IMG/VR virus record: IMGVR_UViG_3300047552_001147
Span: 30,507 to 94,506 of that record
DNA from: a virus
Reading direction: 5' to 3' (one strand)
DNA length: 64,000 bases
This document shows positions 8,883 to 18,427 of the stretch, in pieces (position 1 is the stretch's first letter; every line of letters starts with the position of its first letter). The notes beneath the pieces are model-generated. The model was given only the letters and a program-made list of their open reading frames with translations. It made no database searches and was not told where the DNA came from. Made by a program: the position numbers and the translations under genes.

Positions 8883-9157
8883 GTTCCGATCTCCTTCTCG
8901 ACCGCCGCGAGGGCGTCCCTAAGTCTGAAGCAGTACACGCAATCACAGTTCTCGGAAGCCCGCTTACTTGCCTCCACCAGCCGCGCGACGGCATCGCTGC
9001 GCGCAGAGACGCGGCGGTTCCAGTTGTCCGCGCAGATCCACGTAATGTGGCCCTCGCACCCAGTGCTTGAGCAGCACGCCATCAGCCCGAATACGCGGTG
9101 TTCTTTGGAATCCGCTTTTGCGCCGCAGAACGGGCACGCCTTGAGTTCGCTCGTCAC
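8879..9157 (-). CDS. Lar-like restriction alleviation family Zn-ribbon protein
   Basis: ELKACPFCG...C...C...WNRR. Confidence 0.7.
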   Translation of the reverse strand: MTSELKACPFCGAKADSKEHRVFGLMACCSSTGCEGHITWICADNWNRRVSARSDAVARLVEASKRASENCDCVYCFRLRDALAAVEKEIGT

Positions 9158-9669
9158 GACTGCACCTCCTTATCAACGCGTAACTTCCTGATCCGATGAA
9201 GTAGGATCACAACAGCATCAACCGGATGGCTTTTGAAGCCTTCCCATCCGTTTGCTTGCATGTCCTTCTGAATTGTCTGGCTTTGGCCATACCACAGCTG
9301 CTCAGTCATTTTCAACTTCTTGATTTCCTCGGCATCAGCAGCAGCTTTATGCTTCAGCTCTGCAATCTCGTCATAGAGTGTCTCAATCCTGTGGTCAACC
9401 TCCGAAACATGCTGAGACGCGGTATCGTACCAAGATCTGAGCTTCTCAAGCTCCGCCCTATGCTCATCCCGCTCTCGCCGAGCAGATCTGACATCTTCCT
9501 TTGCTGCTTTTGTTTTAGCCTGTTCAGCTGACAGCAAATCCTGAATAGCGACAAAGACGTCCTTCACCAGGTAATCGCCGTAGTTATTGCGCATATGCCA
9601 CGAGCGTGACATATCGCAGGGAATATCCTTGAGAATCATCTCCAGGATCTCTTTGTGTGTTTTTTTCAT
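9154..9669 (-). CDS. coiled-coil hypothetical protein
   Basis: Start MKKTHK immediately after the upstream stop. Confidence 0.65.
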   Translation of the reverse strand: MKKTHKEILEMILKDIPCDMSRSWHMRNNYGDYLVKDVFVAIQDLLSAEQAKTKAAKEDVRSARRERDEHRAELEKLRSWYDTASQHVSEVDHRIETLYDEIAELKHKAAADAEEIKKLKMTEQLWYGQSQTIQKDMQANGWEGFKSHPVDAVVILLHRIRKLRVDKEVQS

Positions 9670-9670
9670 C

Positions 9671-10069
9671 TTAGTCCCATCCGTGGCAGCCGCAATAGAA
9701 GCGGTCATAGCCACGATCGCCTCTTGGTTTGTAGTTCGTACATACGCCTTGACATTGCTTGGTGTGAGCTACTTCAGCGTAACCACACCACTTGCACAGG
9801 TTTGCTTCCCACGTACCGTCTACACAAGATTCGAAGAACGGCAACGAGGAATCCGACGGTCGCTCACAGGTGCATATCGCGTGGTTGGACTGGCCATAGT
9901 TGCACTCATTACCACCGCCGTATGCACCATGTCTCGCGGTTTTGCCTCCATAATGGGAGCAGCGAGCCATTCTAACCGGTAGCGGCGCACCAGCCGAAAC
10001 TGATTCACACTTGTCTTCTAGATCAGCCATGTTTCTTACCCACTCCTCGCTGGGCCATTTAGGTTTCAT
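9671..10069 (-). CDS. Cys-rich hypothetical protein, first gene of the leftward cluster
   Basis: GGAG RBS; many Cys; ends DRFYCGCHGWD. Confidence 0.7.
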   Translation of the reverse strand: MKPKWPSEEWVRNMADLEDKCESVSAGAPLPVRMARCSHYGGKTARHGAYGGGNECNYGQSNHAICTCERPSDSSLPFFESCVDGTWEANLCKWCGYAEVAHTKQCQGVCTNYKPRGDRGYDRFYCGCHGWD

Positions 10070-10115
10070 TTTCAGGTACTCCAATTTGGTTGCTAAAACA
10101 ATAGGACAGGTTCGC

Positions 10116-10144
10116 TTGTCTTATGCCTCAATTCGGATCATAAT
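10116..10144 (+). promoter_or_regulatory. sigma70-like promoter for the RNAP operon
   Basis: TTGTCT-17nt-CATAAT, 7 nt before ATG 10152. Confidence 0.5.
10118..10127 (-). promoter_or_regulatory. putative phage promoter motif GGCATAAGAC
   Basis: Intergenic copy at a divergent junction. Confidence 0.7.
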
Positions 10145-10151
10145 TTGATGC

Positions 10152-10487
10152 ATGTCTAGTCCCACAAACCAGTTATCGCAGCGCGTTAAGGACGGTCTGG
10201 CGCAACGCCTGGCCGAGTATCCCGCTGTCCTGCGTACCCGGACCTTGGGGGATATTGCTTCAACCAAGATGCGTAGAATTGAGCTCTTGGATTTGAACAA
10301 AGAAGCCGACAGATGCCGATGGCAGCTTCTCCACAATGACCCAGAGCGATTTGAGGTTATTAGCGAGAAGGAATCTCATCAAAAGCAAGAGTATTTTGTT
10401 CGAATCATTTACAACGAGCTGGGCGACGACCAGTCAGTCGTAAAAACTAAGGAAGAGCTGCGATCCGAAGAAACCGGATCAGTTTAG
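10152..10487 (+). CDS. hypothetical protein upstream of RNAP
   Basis: First gene of the rightward unit; stops 2 nt before the RNAP ATG. Confidence 0.75.
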   Translation: MSSPTNQLSQRVKDGLAQRLAEYPAVLRTRTLGDIASTKMRRIELLDLNKEADRCRWQLLHNDPERFEVISEKESHQKQEYFVRIIYNELGDDQSVVKTKEELRSEETGSV

Positions 10488-10489
10488 CA

Positions 10490-13400
10490 ATGCTAGATCA
10501 TCAAAAATCCTTCGAGTCTGCGATTGTTCTTGCCGAGAAGATCGTCAAAGAAGCCTTCCCGATTGTCGGCAAACACCACACGGTTCAGGCCAGCAACTTC
10601 CGCTGGCAGGGTGTTGGGTCATCTGTATCATACGACATTGCCGCCCAAAAGAAAGCCAAGCTAGAAGACAAGTCGCTTCTCGCTACCCTCCTGGCCGATG
10701 TCCAGGTAGTTGACAAGACCGGCAAAGTGCTGGATCAGCGAGACGGCCACATCGTCCTCCAGATCCCACACATCACCTCTAGAGCTTCGTACATCCTGCA
10801 AGGGACGGAGCGCCAGGTCATCAACCAGCTTAGATTGCGCCCAGGTATTTACGCCGACTTCACGCCGGACAACAACATCAAGGTGCGCATCAACACGTCA
10901 GCCGCAGGCACCTACGCTGTCCTTCTGGACAGAGAGAGCCTGATAATGACGTTTAGGGTTGGCACCTCGACCAACTTCCCAATCATCTCAGTTTTGAAGG
11001 TATTGGGCCTGAACGAGGTTGAGATCCGCCAGCTGCTGGGAGACAAGATCTTCGCGGTAAACCAGAAGAAGTCTAAGCCTGATATGGATGCGCTGAAGCT
11101 GATCAAGAAGCTCCGCCCATACCACGCCACAGCCAACGTAGACGACGCTAAGAAGATGGTCGTTGACTTCCTGGCATCAAAGCCGCTGGACCCGGAAGTT
11201 AACAAGGTAACGATTGGCAAGCCGATTGATAAGGTGGACCAGTCAGCAGTTGTTGAGTGTGTGCGCAAGGCAATTTCTCTTGCCACTGGTGCCTCTGAGC
11301 CGGATGACGTCGAATCGTTAGCGTTCAAGTCGATCCTATCATTTGACGACTTCGTGGCCGAGAGACTGCTAAAGGCCATCCCCGATATCAAGCGTAAGGT
11401 TGCGTCACTGGTTGATAGAAAGCCGCAGGTGCTGTTTGCCTTGCCGCCGTCAATGTTCACAGACACTATTGACAACTTCTTCAACAAGTCTGAGTTCACG
11501 CGACACGCTGACCAGAACAACCCGATTGACATTGCCGCCGTCAACTCCCTTGTCACTACGATGGGTGAGGGCGGTATCAAGAGCACGTACGCGGTGACTG
11601 ACGAGGTCCGCACGATTCACCCGTCGCACTTAGGTATCCTCGACGTGGCGCACACCTCAGAAGGTGGCAACATCGGTATTACCAACCACCTGTCGCTGGG
11701 AGCGAAGAAGATTGGCAGTGCTTTGGGCATGTCTGTCTATGACGCCCGCACAGGTAAAAGAGAAGACCACACAATCCAGGCGCTCGTTAACAAGACCATC
11801 GCATACCCGGACCAGTATGATAACCTTGGCAAGGGGATCCCGAAGCCCAGGGGTAAGGAGATCAAGGTAAGGGCTGGCAGCTCTTTCAAGGTCGTGTCTC
11901 CTAAAGAGGTAGACTACGTTTTTACGACGCCCGACTCCTTCTTCTCGTCAACAACCTCCGCTATCCCCTTCCTGCCGAACAACCACGTTAACCGCGTGTT
12001 GATGGGTGATAAGCACATTGAGCAGGCAGTTAATCTGACGAACCCCGATAAGCCGTTGGTCATGCACGAGATGACCAGTGGCCCGGATGCCCCTAAGAAG
12101 ATCTCGGCGGGCTACGAAGAGCTGTTCGGTCAGATGTTCAACATCAAGTCACCGGTCAAGGGCAAGGTCACGAAGGTGACTGCCGACGCTATCTACATCA
12201 AGCCTACAACAGGCAAGGCGGTTCCGGTAGCTATCCACAATAACTACCCGCTGAACTCGCACACGTTCTTCCACGACACGCCCAGCGTTAAGGTCGGCGA
12301 TCGCGTCAAAGAGGGTCAACCGCTGGCTGAGAGTAACTTCACCAAGGACAATGTCCTGGCTCTCGGTAAGAACCTGAGAGTAGCGTATACCGCATACAAG
12401 GGGTATAACTTCGAGGACGGTGTTGTTATCTCCGAAGCGGCTGCTCAAAAGCTCACATCTACCCACAAGCACGAGTACCGTGTTGACGTAGATAAGAACA
12501 CTAAGACTGGCGCAGACATCTTCTTTGCCGCCTTCCCGCAAGACCTTAAGTACCTGCGCGAGCTGAAAGAGCGCTACGACTCTGACGGTATCATCAAGAA
12601 GGGCATCAAGGTAGAGCCCGGCGATATCCTTATCCCGGCGTTCCAACAGATCCCGCTGCACGCGGAGTTCGACTACAAGAGACTCGGTAAGAAGCTCGGT
12701 GATAGAGCTATCGACATCTCTCAGCGGTGGGACGGCCTAGGTCCCGCTGAAGTTATTGACGTTGTCAAGTCCAGATCGTTCATCAAGGTCTTCCTAAAGT
12801 CGGAAGAGCCTATGAAGATCGGCGACAAGATCAGTATGCGTCACGGCGGTAAGGGTATCATTACCCACATCGTCCCAGACGATCAGATGTACAAGGACGA
12901 GTCGGGCAACATCGTTGACGTGCTTTTGAACCCTCTCGGTGTGCCTAGCCGTGTCAACACTGGCCAGCTGTTTGAGACAGCGGCAGGTAAGCTAGCACAG
13001 AAGACCGGTAAGCCGTACTATACGAAGAACTTCAACGAGACGCACGGCAATACCCTAGGGAAGCTGAAGAGCGACCTCGCTGCTGCCGGTGTTAAGGATG
13101 CTGAGACCCTAACTGATCCTGTGACTGGTCGCAAGCTGCCCGAGACCCTCGTAGGCATCACGCATATCTACAAGCTTAAGCATCAGGTTGACACGAAGTT
13201 CAAGGCTCGTGGCGCAACTGATGAGAGCTTCACTCTTGATGAGCAGCCGGCAAAAACTGACGAATCGTCCGCACAACGTATCGGTATGCTCGACACGTTC
13301 TCGCTGCTCTCCGGCGATGCAACGCACTTCCTGAACGACGCCTACGGTATCAAGTCACAGAAGAACGACGAGTATTGGGTTGCCCTGCAACGCGGGGTCA

Positions 13401-16400
13401 TGCCTCCGCCTCCAAAGGTACCGTTCATTACAGAACGCTTCGTGACGATGTTGCTTGGTGCGGGAATCAACCTTCGCCAGGAAGGTAGCAAGCTAACCGC
13501 TGCCCCGCTCACCGACAGTCAGATCAAGAACATGTCGCACGGTGAGATCGATAAGCCGCTAGTGGTTAAGTCTACCAACCTGATGCCTGAGAAGGGCGGG
13601 CTCTTTGACCCCGTCAAGACTGGCGGTATCGGCGGTAACCGGTTCAATCACATTGAACTTGTGACACCTATCCCTAACCCGTTGATGCTGGACGCGATCA
13701 CGTCCGTCGCACGTCTTCCAAAGACTGATATCCTTACACAGATCATTGATGGTAACCTCGCTGTCAATGATCAAGGTGAGGTTGTTAAGGACTTGAACGA
13801 CGGAGCCAGCTTCGGTAACGGCGTGATCAATCTACTCAAGAACATTGACGTTGAGAAGGAGATCACACGCACACAGGCGGAGATCAAGACGTCTAAGGCG
13901 GATAAGCTCAACGCAGCATATCGCCGACTCAAGTATCTGCGTGCTTTGAAAGAGCTTAAGCTAAAGCCGGTAGATGCCTACACAAACAAGTTCGTTCCGA
14001 TCATTCCGGCGAAGTTCAGAAATGTTCAGCCAAGAACTGACGGGTCGCTAAACGTGGCTGATGCAAACTTCGGCTATCGCGAAGTGATCATGATCAACAA
14101 CCAGCTGAAGAAGCTGTCGACTGCCGGAATCTCGCAAGATAACCTCAAGACGCTGAACCGTGACCTGTTCCGGGCCGTGTCTGGTATTACTGGTGTGACT
14201 GCCCCTCTAACGAGAGCGGCGGACGTTTCCGGCTTCATTGAGAAAATCAAAGGACCTAGCCCGAAGATGGGCTTCTTCCAGTCTAGAGTACTAACCAGAG
14301 CGCAAGATCTGTCAGCGCGTTCTACAGTTATCCCTAACCCCAAGCTTGGGCTGGACGAGATCGGTCTACCGTCTGAGATGGCGCTAACGATCTACAAGCC
14401 CTTTGTTGTGAAGCGTCTAGTTGGTCTTGGATATGATCCGCTACGCGCCAGAGATATGGTTGAGAAGCGAGACGAGCTCGCAATCCGCGCGCTGCAGTCG
14501 GAGATCGAAGATCGTCCGGCGATCATGAACAGAGCGCCGTCTCTGCATAAGTTCAACCTACAAGCATTTAAGCCGCGTCTAATTGAAGGTAGAGCGGTAG
14601 AAGTCAACCCGCTGATCGTTGCGGGATACAACATGGACTTCGACGGCGATACAGCTGGTATCCACGTCCCCGTGTCTGAGGATGCGCGCAAAGAGGCCTG
14701 GGATAAGTTGATGCCTAGCCGCAACCTGTTTGCTACTAGAGAGGACTCGGTTATTCACGCCCCCTCAAGAGAAACGGTTCACGGCCTGTATCTGATGACA
14801 ACGCCCAAGGGCACGCCCGTACCTGTGAAGTCGGTCAAAGAACTGATGGACATGTACAAGGACGGGAAGATCGAGGTAAACGCAGCGGTCACTGTTGGCG
14901 GTCAAGTGCAATGTGCTGGGCAGTACTTAGTTGATGCGCTAATACCGGATCAAATCAAGCTCGGCCCTGTACAGATCACATCGAAGAACCTCAAGGATCT
15001 TCTGATCAGTGTTGCTAAGACACAAGAGTCTAACAAGGCTGGCGAGATCATCTCCAAACTGAAAGACCTTGGTAACCACTACGTCACGCACGTCGGCTTC
15101 TCGATTTCACTCAACGACCTGGAGATTGATAGAGGTCTACGCGACGACATCATGACCAAGGCTAAGCAGCGCATCAAGGAAGTCGGCTTCAATACCGCTG
15201 CCAACGAGGCGTCTAAAGGTGTCAAGGATCTGGTCAGTAAGACCAAAGACAACCGGTTCGTAGAGGTTTCGGTAACATCCGGCGCCCTAGGAAAGCTCGA
15301 CTCTCTCGCACAGATGGTCGGGTCGCCAGTCGCTGTTGAGGACCACAAAGGCCGCGTCGTTCCCATGCTGATCGAGAAGTCGTATGCAGAAGGACACGAC
15401 CTAGGATCGTATTTGGCAACAGCCCCCGGTGCTCGTAAAGGCCTGGTAGATAAGGGCTTATCGGTAGGTGAGACAGGTTACTTCAACAAGAAGCTTGTGA
15501 ACACCACGATCGAGTATAAGATTGTCTCGCCTGATTGTAAGACAACGATCGGCATCGATATGCCGCTTTCATCGAGTGATATCTACGATAGGTTTGTGGC
15601 CGCCGGTCCTTACCGCAATAAGCAGTTGACTCCCGAGTTCGTAAGACAGCTAACAGCGAAGGGGAAGACGAAGATTCTTGTTCGTTCCCCAATGACATGT
15701 GCCGCAATCGGTGGCCTGTGTCAGAAGTGCTTCGGCCTCGACTCCAGCGGAAAGCTTCCGCCGATTGGATCACATATCGGAGCTCTCGCTGGCCAGACGC
15801 TAGGAGAACGTGCAACGCAAACAACGCTGAAAGCCTTCCACACCGGCGGTACTATCGGCGGACCTAAGCTAGGATTTGATCGCATCTCCGAGATCGTGGA
15901 GATGCCTGAAACGATTAAGAACAAAGCCACGCTGGCATCTGTTTCTGGAGCAGTCAGTAAAATAGAAGAAACGCCAACAGGCGGTTGGTTCGTTTATGTG
16001 AAGGACACCAAGCACTTCGTTCCGAAAGAACTCGGATTAGGGGTTAAGCTGCGACAAGTAGTTAAGGCTGGCGATAAGCTTAGCCAAGGAGGCACAATCA
16101 AGCCTCAAGAGCTACTTGAATACACAGGCAGCATTAACACTGTCCGCAATTATCTAGTGAACGAGCTGGCGCAAAGCTACAGCAAAGAGCAAGGTGCTTA
16201 CATCAAACGAAAGCTACTAGAAACTGTTGTTCGTCCATTAACTGACAAGGCCCAGGTAACAGATGCTGGCGGGGCACTCAACAAGTTCAACGTGTATCCT
16301 GGAGATGTTCTCTCTGTCAACCTGATTAAGGACTACAATAAGCAGCTGAGAGTTTCCAAGCAACCAGAGATCAAGTTCGAGCCGATGCTGCTTGGAATCA

Positions 16401-16579
16401 ATAACGCACCTTATCACAGCCAGGACTTCATTGGTCCGCTATCTCACGAGCGGTTGAAGCAGACGATCGTGCGGGCACCGCAGTTCGGCATGTCAACCGA
16501 CATCGAGAAGGGTCACCCGATGGCCCAGCTGGCCCTGAAGAACCTAAGAGACATCGAAAGTACCAGAGCTAGAACGTGA
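10490..16579 (+). CDS. rpoBC: fused beta-beta' DNA-directed RNA polymerase (phage-encoded)
   Basis: beta motifs DQNNP, GYNFEDG, GDKISMRHGGKG, NPLGVPSR, KLKHQV; beta' motifs NRAPSLH, NMDFDGD, GARKGL, GERATQ..LKAFHTGG, all in one frame. Confidence 0.95.
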   Translation: MLDHQKSFESAIVLAEKIVKEAFPIVGKHHTVQASNFRWQGVGSSVSYDIAAQKKAKLEDKSLLATLLADVQVVDKTGKVLDQRDGHIVLQIPHITSRASYILQGTERQVINQLRLRPGIYADFTPDNNIKVRINTSAAGTYAVLLDRESLIMTFRVGTSTNFPIISVLKVLGLNEVEIRQLLGDKIFAVNQKKSKPDMDALKLIKKLRPYHATANVDDAKKMVVDFLASKPLDPEVNKVTIGKPIDKVDQSAVVECVRKAISLATGASEPDDVESLAFKSILSFDDFVAERLLKAIPDIKRKVASLVDRKPQVLFALPPSMFTDTIDNFFNKSEFTRHADQNNPIDIAAVNSLVTTMGEGGIKSTYAVTDEVRTIHPSHLGILDVAHTSEGGNIGITNHLSLGAKKIGSALGMSVYDARTGKREDHTIQALVNKTIAYPDQYDNLGKGIPKPRGKEIKVRAGSSFKVVSPKEVDYVFTTPDSFFSSTTSAIPFLPNNHVNRVLMGDKHIEQAVNLTNPDKPLVMHEMTSGPDAPKKISAGYEELFGQMFNIKSPVKGKVTKVTADAIYIKPTTGKAVPVAIHNNYPLNSHTFFHDTPSVKVGDRVKEGQPLAESNFTKDNVLALGKNLRVAYTAYKGYNFEDGVVISEAAAQKLTSTHKHEYRVDVDKNTKTGADIFFAAFPQDLKYLRELKERYDSDGIIKKGIKVEPGDILIPAFQQIPLHAEFDYKRLGKKLGDRAIDISQRWDGLGPAEVIDVVKSRSFIKVFLKSEEPMKIGDKISMRHGGKGIITHIVPDDQMYKDESGNIVDVLLNPLGVPSRVNTGQLFETAAGKLAQKTGKPYYTKNFNETHGNTLGKLKSDLAAAGVKDAETLTDPVTGRKLPETLVGITHIYKLKHQVDTKFKARGATDESFTLDEQPAKTDESSAQRIGMLDTFSLLSGDATHFLNDAYGIKSQKNDEYWVALQRGVMPPPPKVPFITERFVTMLLGAGINLRQEGSKLTAAPLTDSQIKNMSHGEIDKPLVVKSTNLMPEKGGLFDPVKTGGIGGNRFNHIELVTPIPNPLMLDAITSVARLPKTDILTQIIDGNLAVNDQGEVVKDLNDGASFGNGVINLLKNIDVEKEITRTQAEIKTSKADKLNAAYRRLKYLRALKELKLKPVDAYTNKFVPIIPAKFRNVQPRTDGSLNVADANFGYREVIMINNQLKKLSTAGISQDNLKTLNRDLFRAVSGITGVTAPLTRAADVSGFIEKIKGPSPKMGFFQSRVLTRAQDLSARSTVIPNPKLGLDEIGLPSEMALTIYKPFVVKRLVGLGYDPLRARDMVEKRDELAIRALQSEIEDRPAIMNRAPSLHKFNLQAFKPRLIEGRAVEVNPLIVAGYNMDFDGDTAGIHVPVSEDARKEAWDKLMPSRNLFATREDSVIHAPSRETVHGLYLMTTPKGTPVPVKSVKELMDMYKDGKIEVNAAVTVGGQVQCAGQYLVDALIPDQIKLGPVQITSKNLKDLLISVAKTQESNKAGEIISKLKDLGNHYVTHVGFSISLNDLEIDRGLRDDIMTKAKQRIKEVGFNTAANEASKGVKDLVSKTKDNRFVEVSVTSGALGKLDSLAQMVGSPVAVEDHKGRVVPMLIEKSYAEGHDLGSYLATAPGARKGLVDKGLSVGETGYFNKKLVNTTIEYKIVSPDCKTTIGIDMPLSSSDIYDRFVAAGPYRNKQLTPEFVRQLTAKGKTKILVRSPMTCAAIGGLCQKCFGLDSSGKLPPIGSHIGALAGQTLGERATQTTLKAFHTGGTIGGPKLGFDRISEIVEMPETIKNKATLASVSGAVSKIEETPTGGWFVYVKDTKHFVPKELGLGVKLRQVVKAGDKLSQGGTIKPQELLEYTGSINTVRNYLVNELAQSYSKEQGAYIKRKLLETVVRPLTDKAQVTDAGGALNKFNVYPGDVLSVNLIKDYNKQLRVSKQPEIKFEPMLLGINNAPYHSQDFIGPLSHERLKQTIVRAPQFGMSTDIEKGHPMAQLALKNLRDIESTRART

Positions 16580-17754
16580 GAAGTGTTCACGACACCGCCA
16601 AAGGACGCTCTCCGGAGACGTCACTAACAACTGGAACAGTAGAGCAGTGTCTTCCGAGTAAGAAGGTCTACAAGGTTCTAGTAGACAACGATACGATCCG
16701 CTACTGCCGGTTGGTCTATACCGGAGTACAGACGGCGCTCAAGCAGGGAGACCGCGTTGTCATAATCAAGTGCGGATCAGCGGATTGGCTGATCTTGGGA
16801 ATGATTGACCCTGTTCCCGGACCGTCCGAGCCGTTCATTAACATCGACCTTGACGAGCAGTTCGCGGCAGATAGGGAAGAGTTCCTGTCAGGAAATCAGG
16901 TTGGGAACGACCCTGACTTCCGCCCAGTAGATAAGTTGGGACAGAAGGAGCCGCCGATCATGCCGGGTGACGCGCAGCTAGAGAACAGGTCCAAGACCTT
17001 CATTGGCCGTTCGCTCGTCCGCGTCTACTCCTTCGGCGACATCTTTGTGAAGGCCAGCGACATCTGCTTCACATACTACAACAAGAACAAGAACTGGATC
17101 TTGCAACGCGGTATGGGTCTTCTTCGAAGAACGTACGGCTACTCGGAAACGATCATAACGTCGATAGCCGGTCCGCTCAAAGGCAAGACGACTGTTACCG
17201 AGACGATCACCTTTGATCCAAAAACACTGGCACCGGATATATCGGTATCCGCCGGCGTCTCGTTACCTGAAACACCCGGCACCCTGCTAGAGGCCAGCCA
17301 GACAACTGCAGGATATCGTGCCGTCCACAAGGACGTGCTAGCTGTTGAGGTGGATCACAGTACCAAGACGCTTCGAGCATCAATGGCTGTTGGCGCCTCC
17401 AATATTGATCTCCAGGCTGGTACGTTCTTGAAAGAGAATGCTGGCACGTTCACAGACCCTGTGGTGATCGATACCGCTGTCGTCGCAAACGGCCTGCATC
17501 TTCGCCTTGGCGGCGGGTATGACATCGTCTATGACGAGCAAACGAACACGCTCGCTATCACAGGCATAAGCTCCAGAAACCAGGTTAAGCTGTCAGATCA
17601 GGCTTTATCCTTGGTGCGTGGAGAGCAGTCCTTAGTACTCTCGGACGATGGCCTGTCAGGAACTGTCCGGAATTTCCGGATGGTTGTCGAGGGCGAAAGT
17701 ATCGAGACCGCTGGCACGAAGTCCATCCAGGCCACAACGATCAGGCTGAACTAA
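16576..17754 (+). CDS. baseplate central spike protein (gp5/gpV/VgrG-like)
   Basis: N-terminal OB-fold-like GTV...GDRVVI...ILG; beta-repeat C-terminus; directly precedes PAAR. Confidence 0.65.
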   Translation: MRSVHDTAKGRSPETSLTTGTVEQCLPSKKVYKVLVDNDTIRYCRLVYTGVQTALKQGDRVVIIKCGSADWLILGMIDPVPGPSEPFINIDLDEQFAADREEFLSGNQVGNDPDFRPVDKLGQKEPPIMPGDAQLENRSKTFIGRSLVRVYSFGDIFVKASDICFTYYNKNKNWILQRGMGLLRRTYGYSETIITSIAGPLKGKTTVTETITFDPKTLAPDISVSAGVSLPETPGTLLEASQTTAGYRAVHKDVLAVEVDHSTKTLRASMAVGASNIDLQAGTFLKENAGTFTDPVVIDTAVVANGLHLRLGGGYDIVYDEQTNTLAITGISSRNQVKLSDQALSLVRGEQSLVLSDDGLSGTVRNFRMVVEGESIETAGTKSIQATTIRLN

Positions 17755-18047
17755 TGAATCTATCAAAAGTAGGCGATATCGGCGAGGGTGTCTGCCCTAA
17801 CCACAAATCCGCCCAGGCGTATACCACTGTTTTTCAGACAGGCGCCCCGTCAGTGCTGATTAACGGCCAACCCGCTGCTACCGTCGAAACAGTGGGTATT
17901 GCGACCTGCGGACACCCAACAGTGGCCCTAACAGGCAGCGCAACCGTGTTTATTGAGGGGAAACCGGCCCACCGAGTGGGGGACACTGGGGCGAACTACG
18001 GACCATATACGGCGGTATCTGGCTCTGGGAACGTTATACTTGGTTGA
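17754..18047 (+). CDS. PAAR spike-tip protein
   Basis: VLINGQPAATV, VFIEGKPAHRVGD, GSGNVILG. Confidence 0.9.
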   Translation: MNLSKVGDIGEGVCPNHKSAQAYTTVFQTGAPSVLINGQPAATVETVGIATCGHPTVALTGSATVFIEGKPAHRVGDTGANYGPYTAVSGSGNVILG

Positions 18048-18069
18048 ATCAACTTTTTAGCTCACTGAC

Positions 18070-18423
18070 ATGACACAAGCAAACACCGGCCGAATCTTCT
18101 TCAATTCTGATAAGTCACCCTCAGCACCGTTGCAGGTAGCTCTAGGTAACTTCCCCACTAGTGGTGTTAAGAACGTCCTCTTCAGAAACGTGGGGGATTC
18201 TCTTATCTACGCCAGAGGGCGTGCAAACACTACAGCCACCTCACCAGACGTGTCATTGATGCCTAAGCATGGCGGAGTCATCTCCCTCATCGGCACAGCC
18301 GGGCAGCCGGCGTACATCGAGTTCTGGAAGAGATTTGATCCGAGATTTGTCAACATTCACGACAGCTCGGCAGTTGTGAATGAGAAACCCGGTATTGTAG
18401 AAATTGAAGGTATTCAAGGGTGA
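18070..18423 (+). CDS. hypothetical (likely virion) protein
   Basis: beta-rich ORF within a structural operon. Confidence 0.7.
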   Translation: MTQANTGRIFFNSDKSPSAPLQVALGNFPTSGVKNVLFRNVGDSLIYARGRANTTATSPDVSLMPKHGGVISLIGTAGQPAYIEFWKRFDPRFVNIHDSSAVVNEKPGIVEIEGIQG

Positions 18424-18427
18424 TTAG

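Noticed and set aside
10490-16579. Host rpoBC locus (as in the Helicobacter or Wolbachia fusions)
   Set aside because: Flanked by phage spike, PAAR and terminase genes, with no ribosomal protein genes; much shorter and more divergent than bacterial fusions
16576-18047. T6SS or eCIS locus suggested by PAAR, spike, sheath and tube
   Set aside because: Portal, terminase, protease and capsid genes indicate a complete phage
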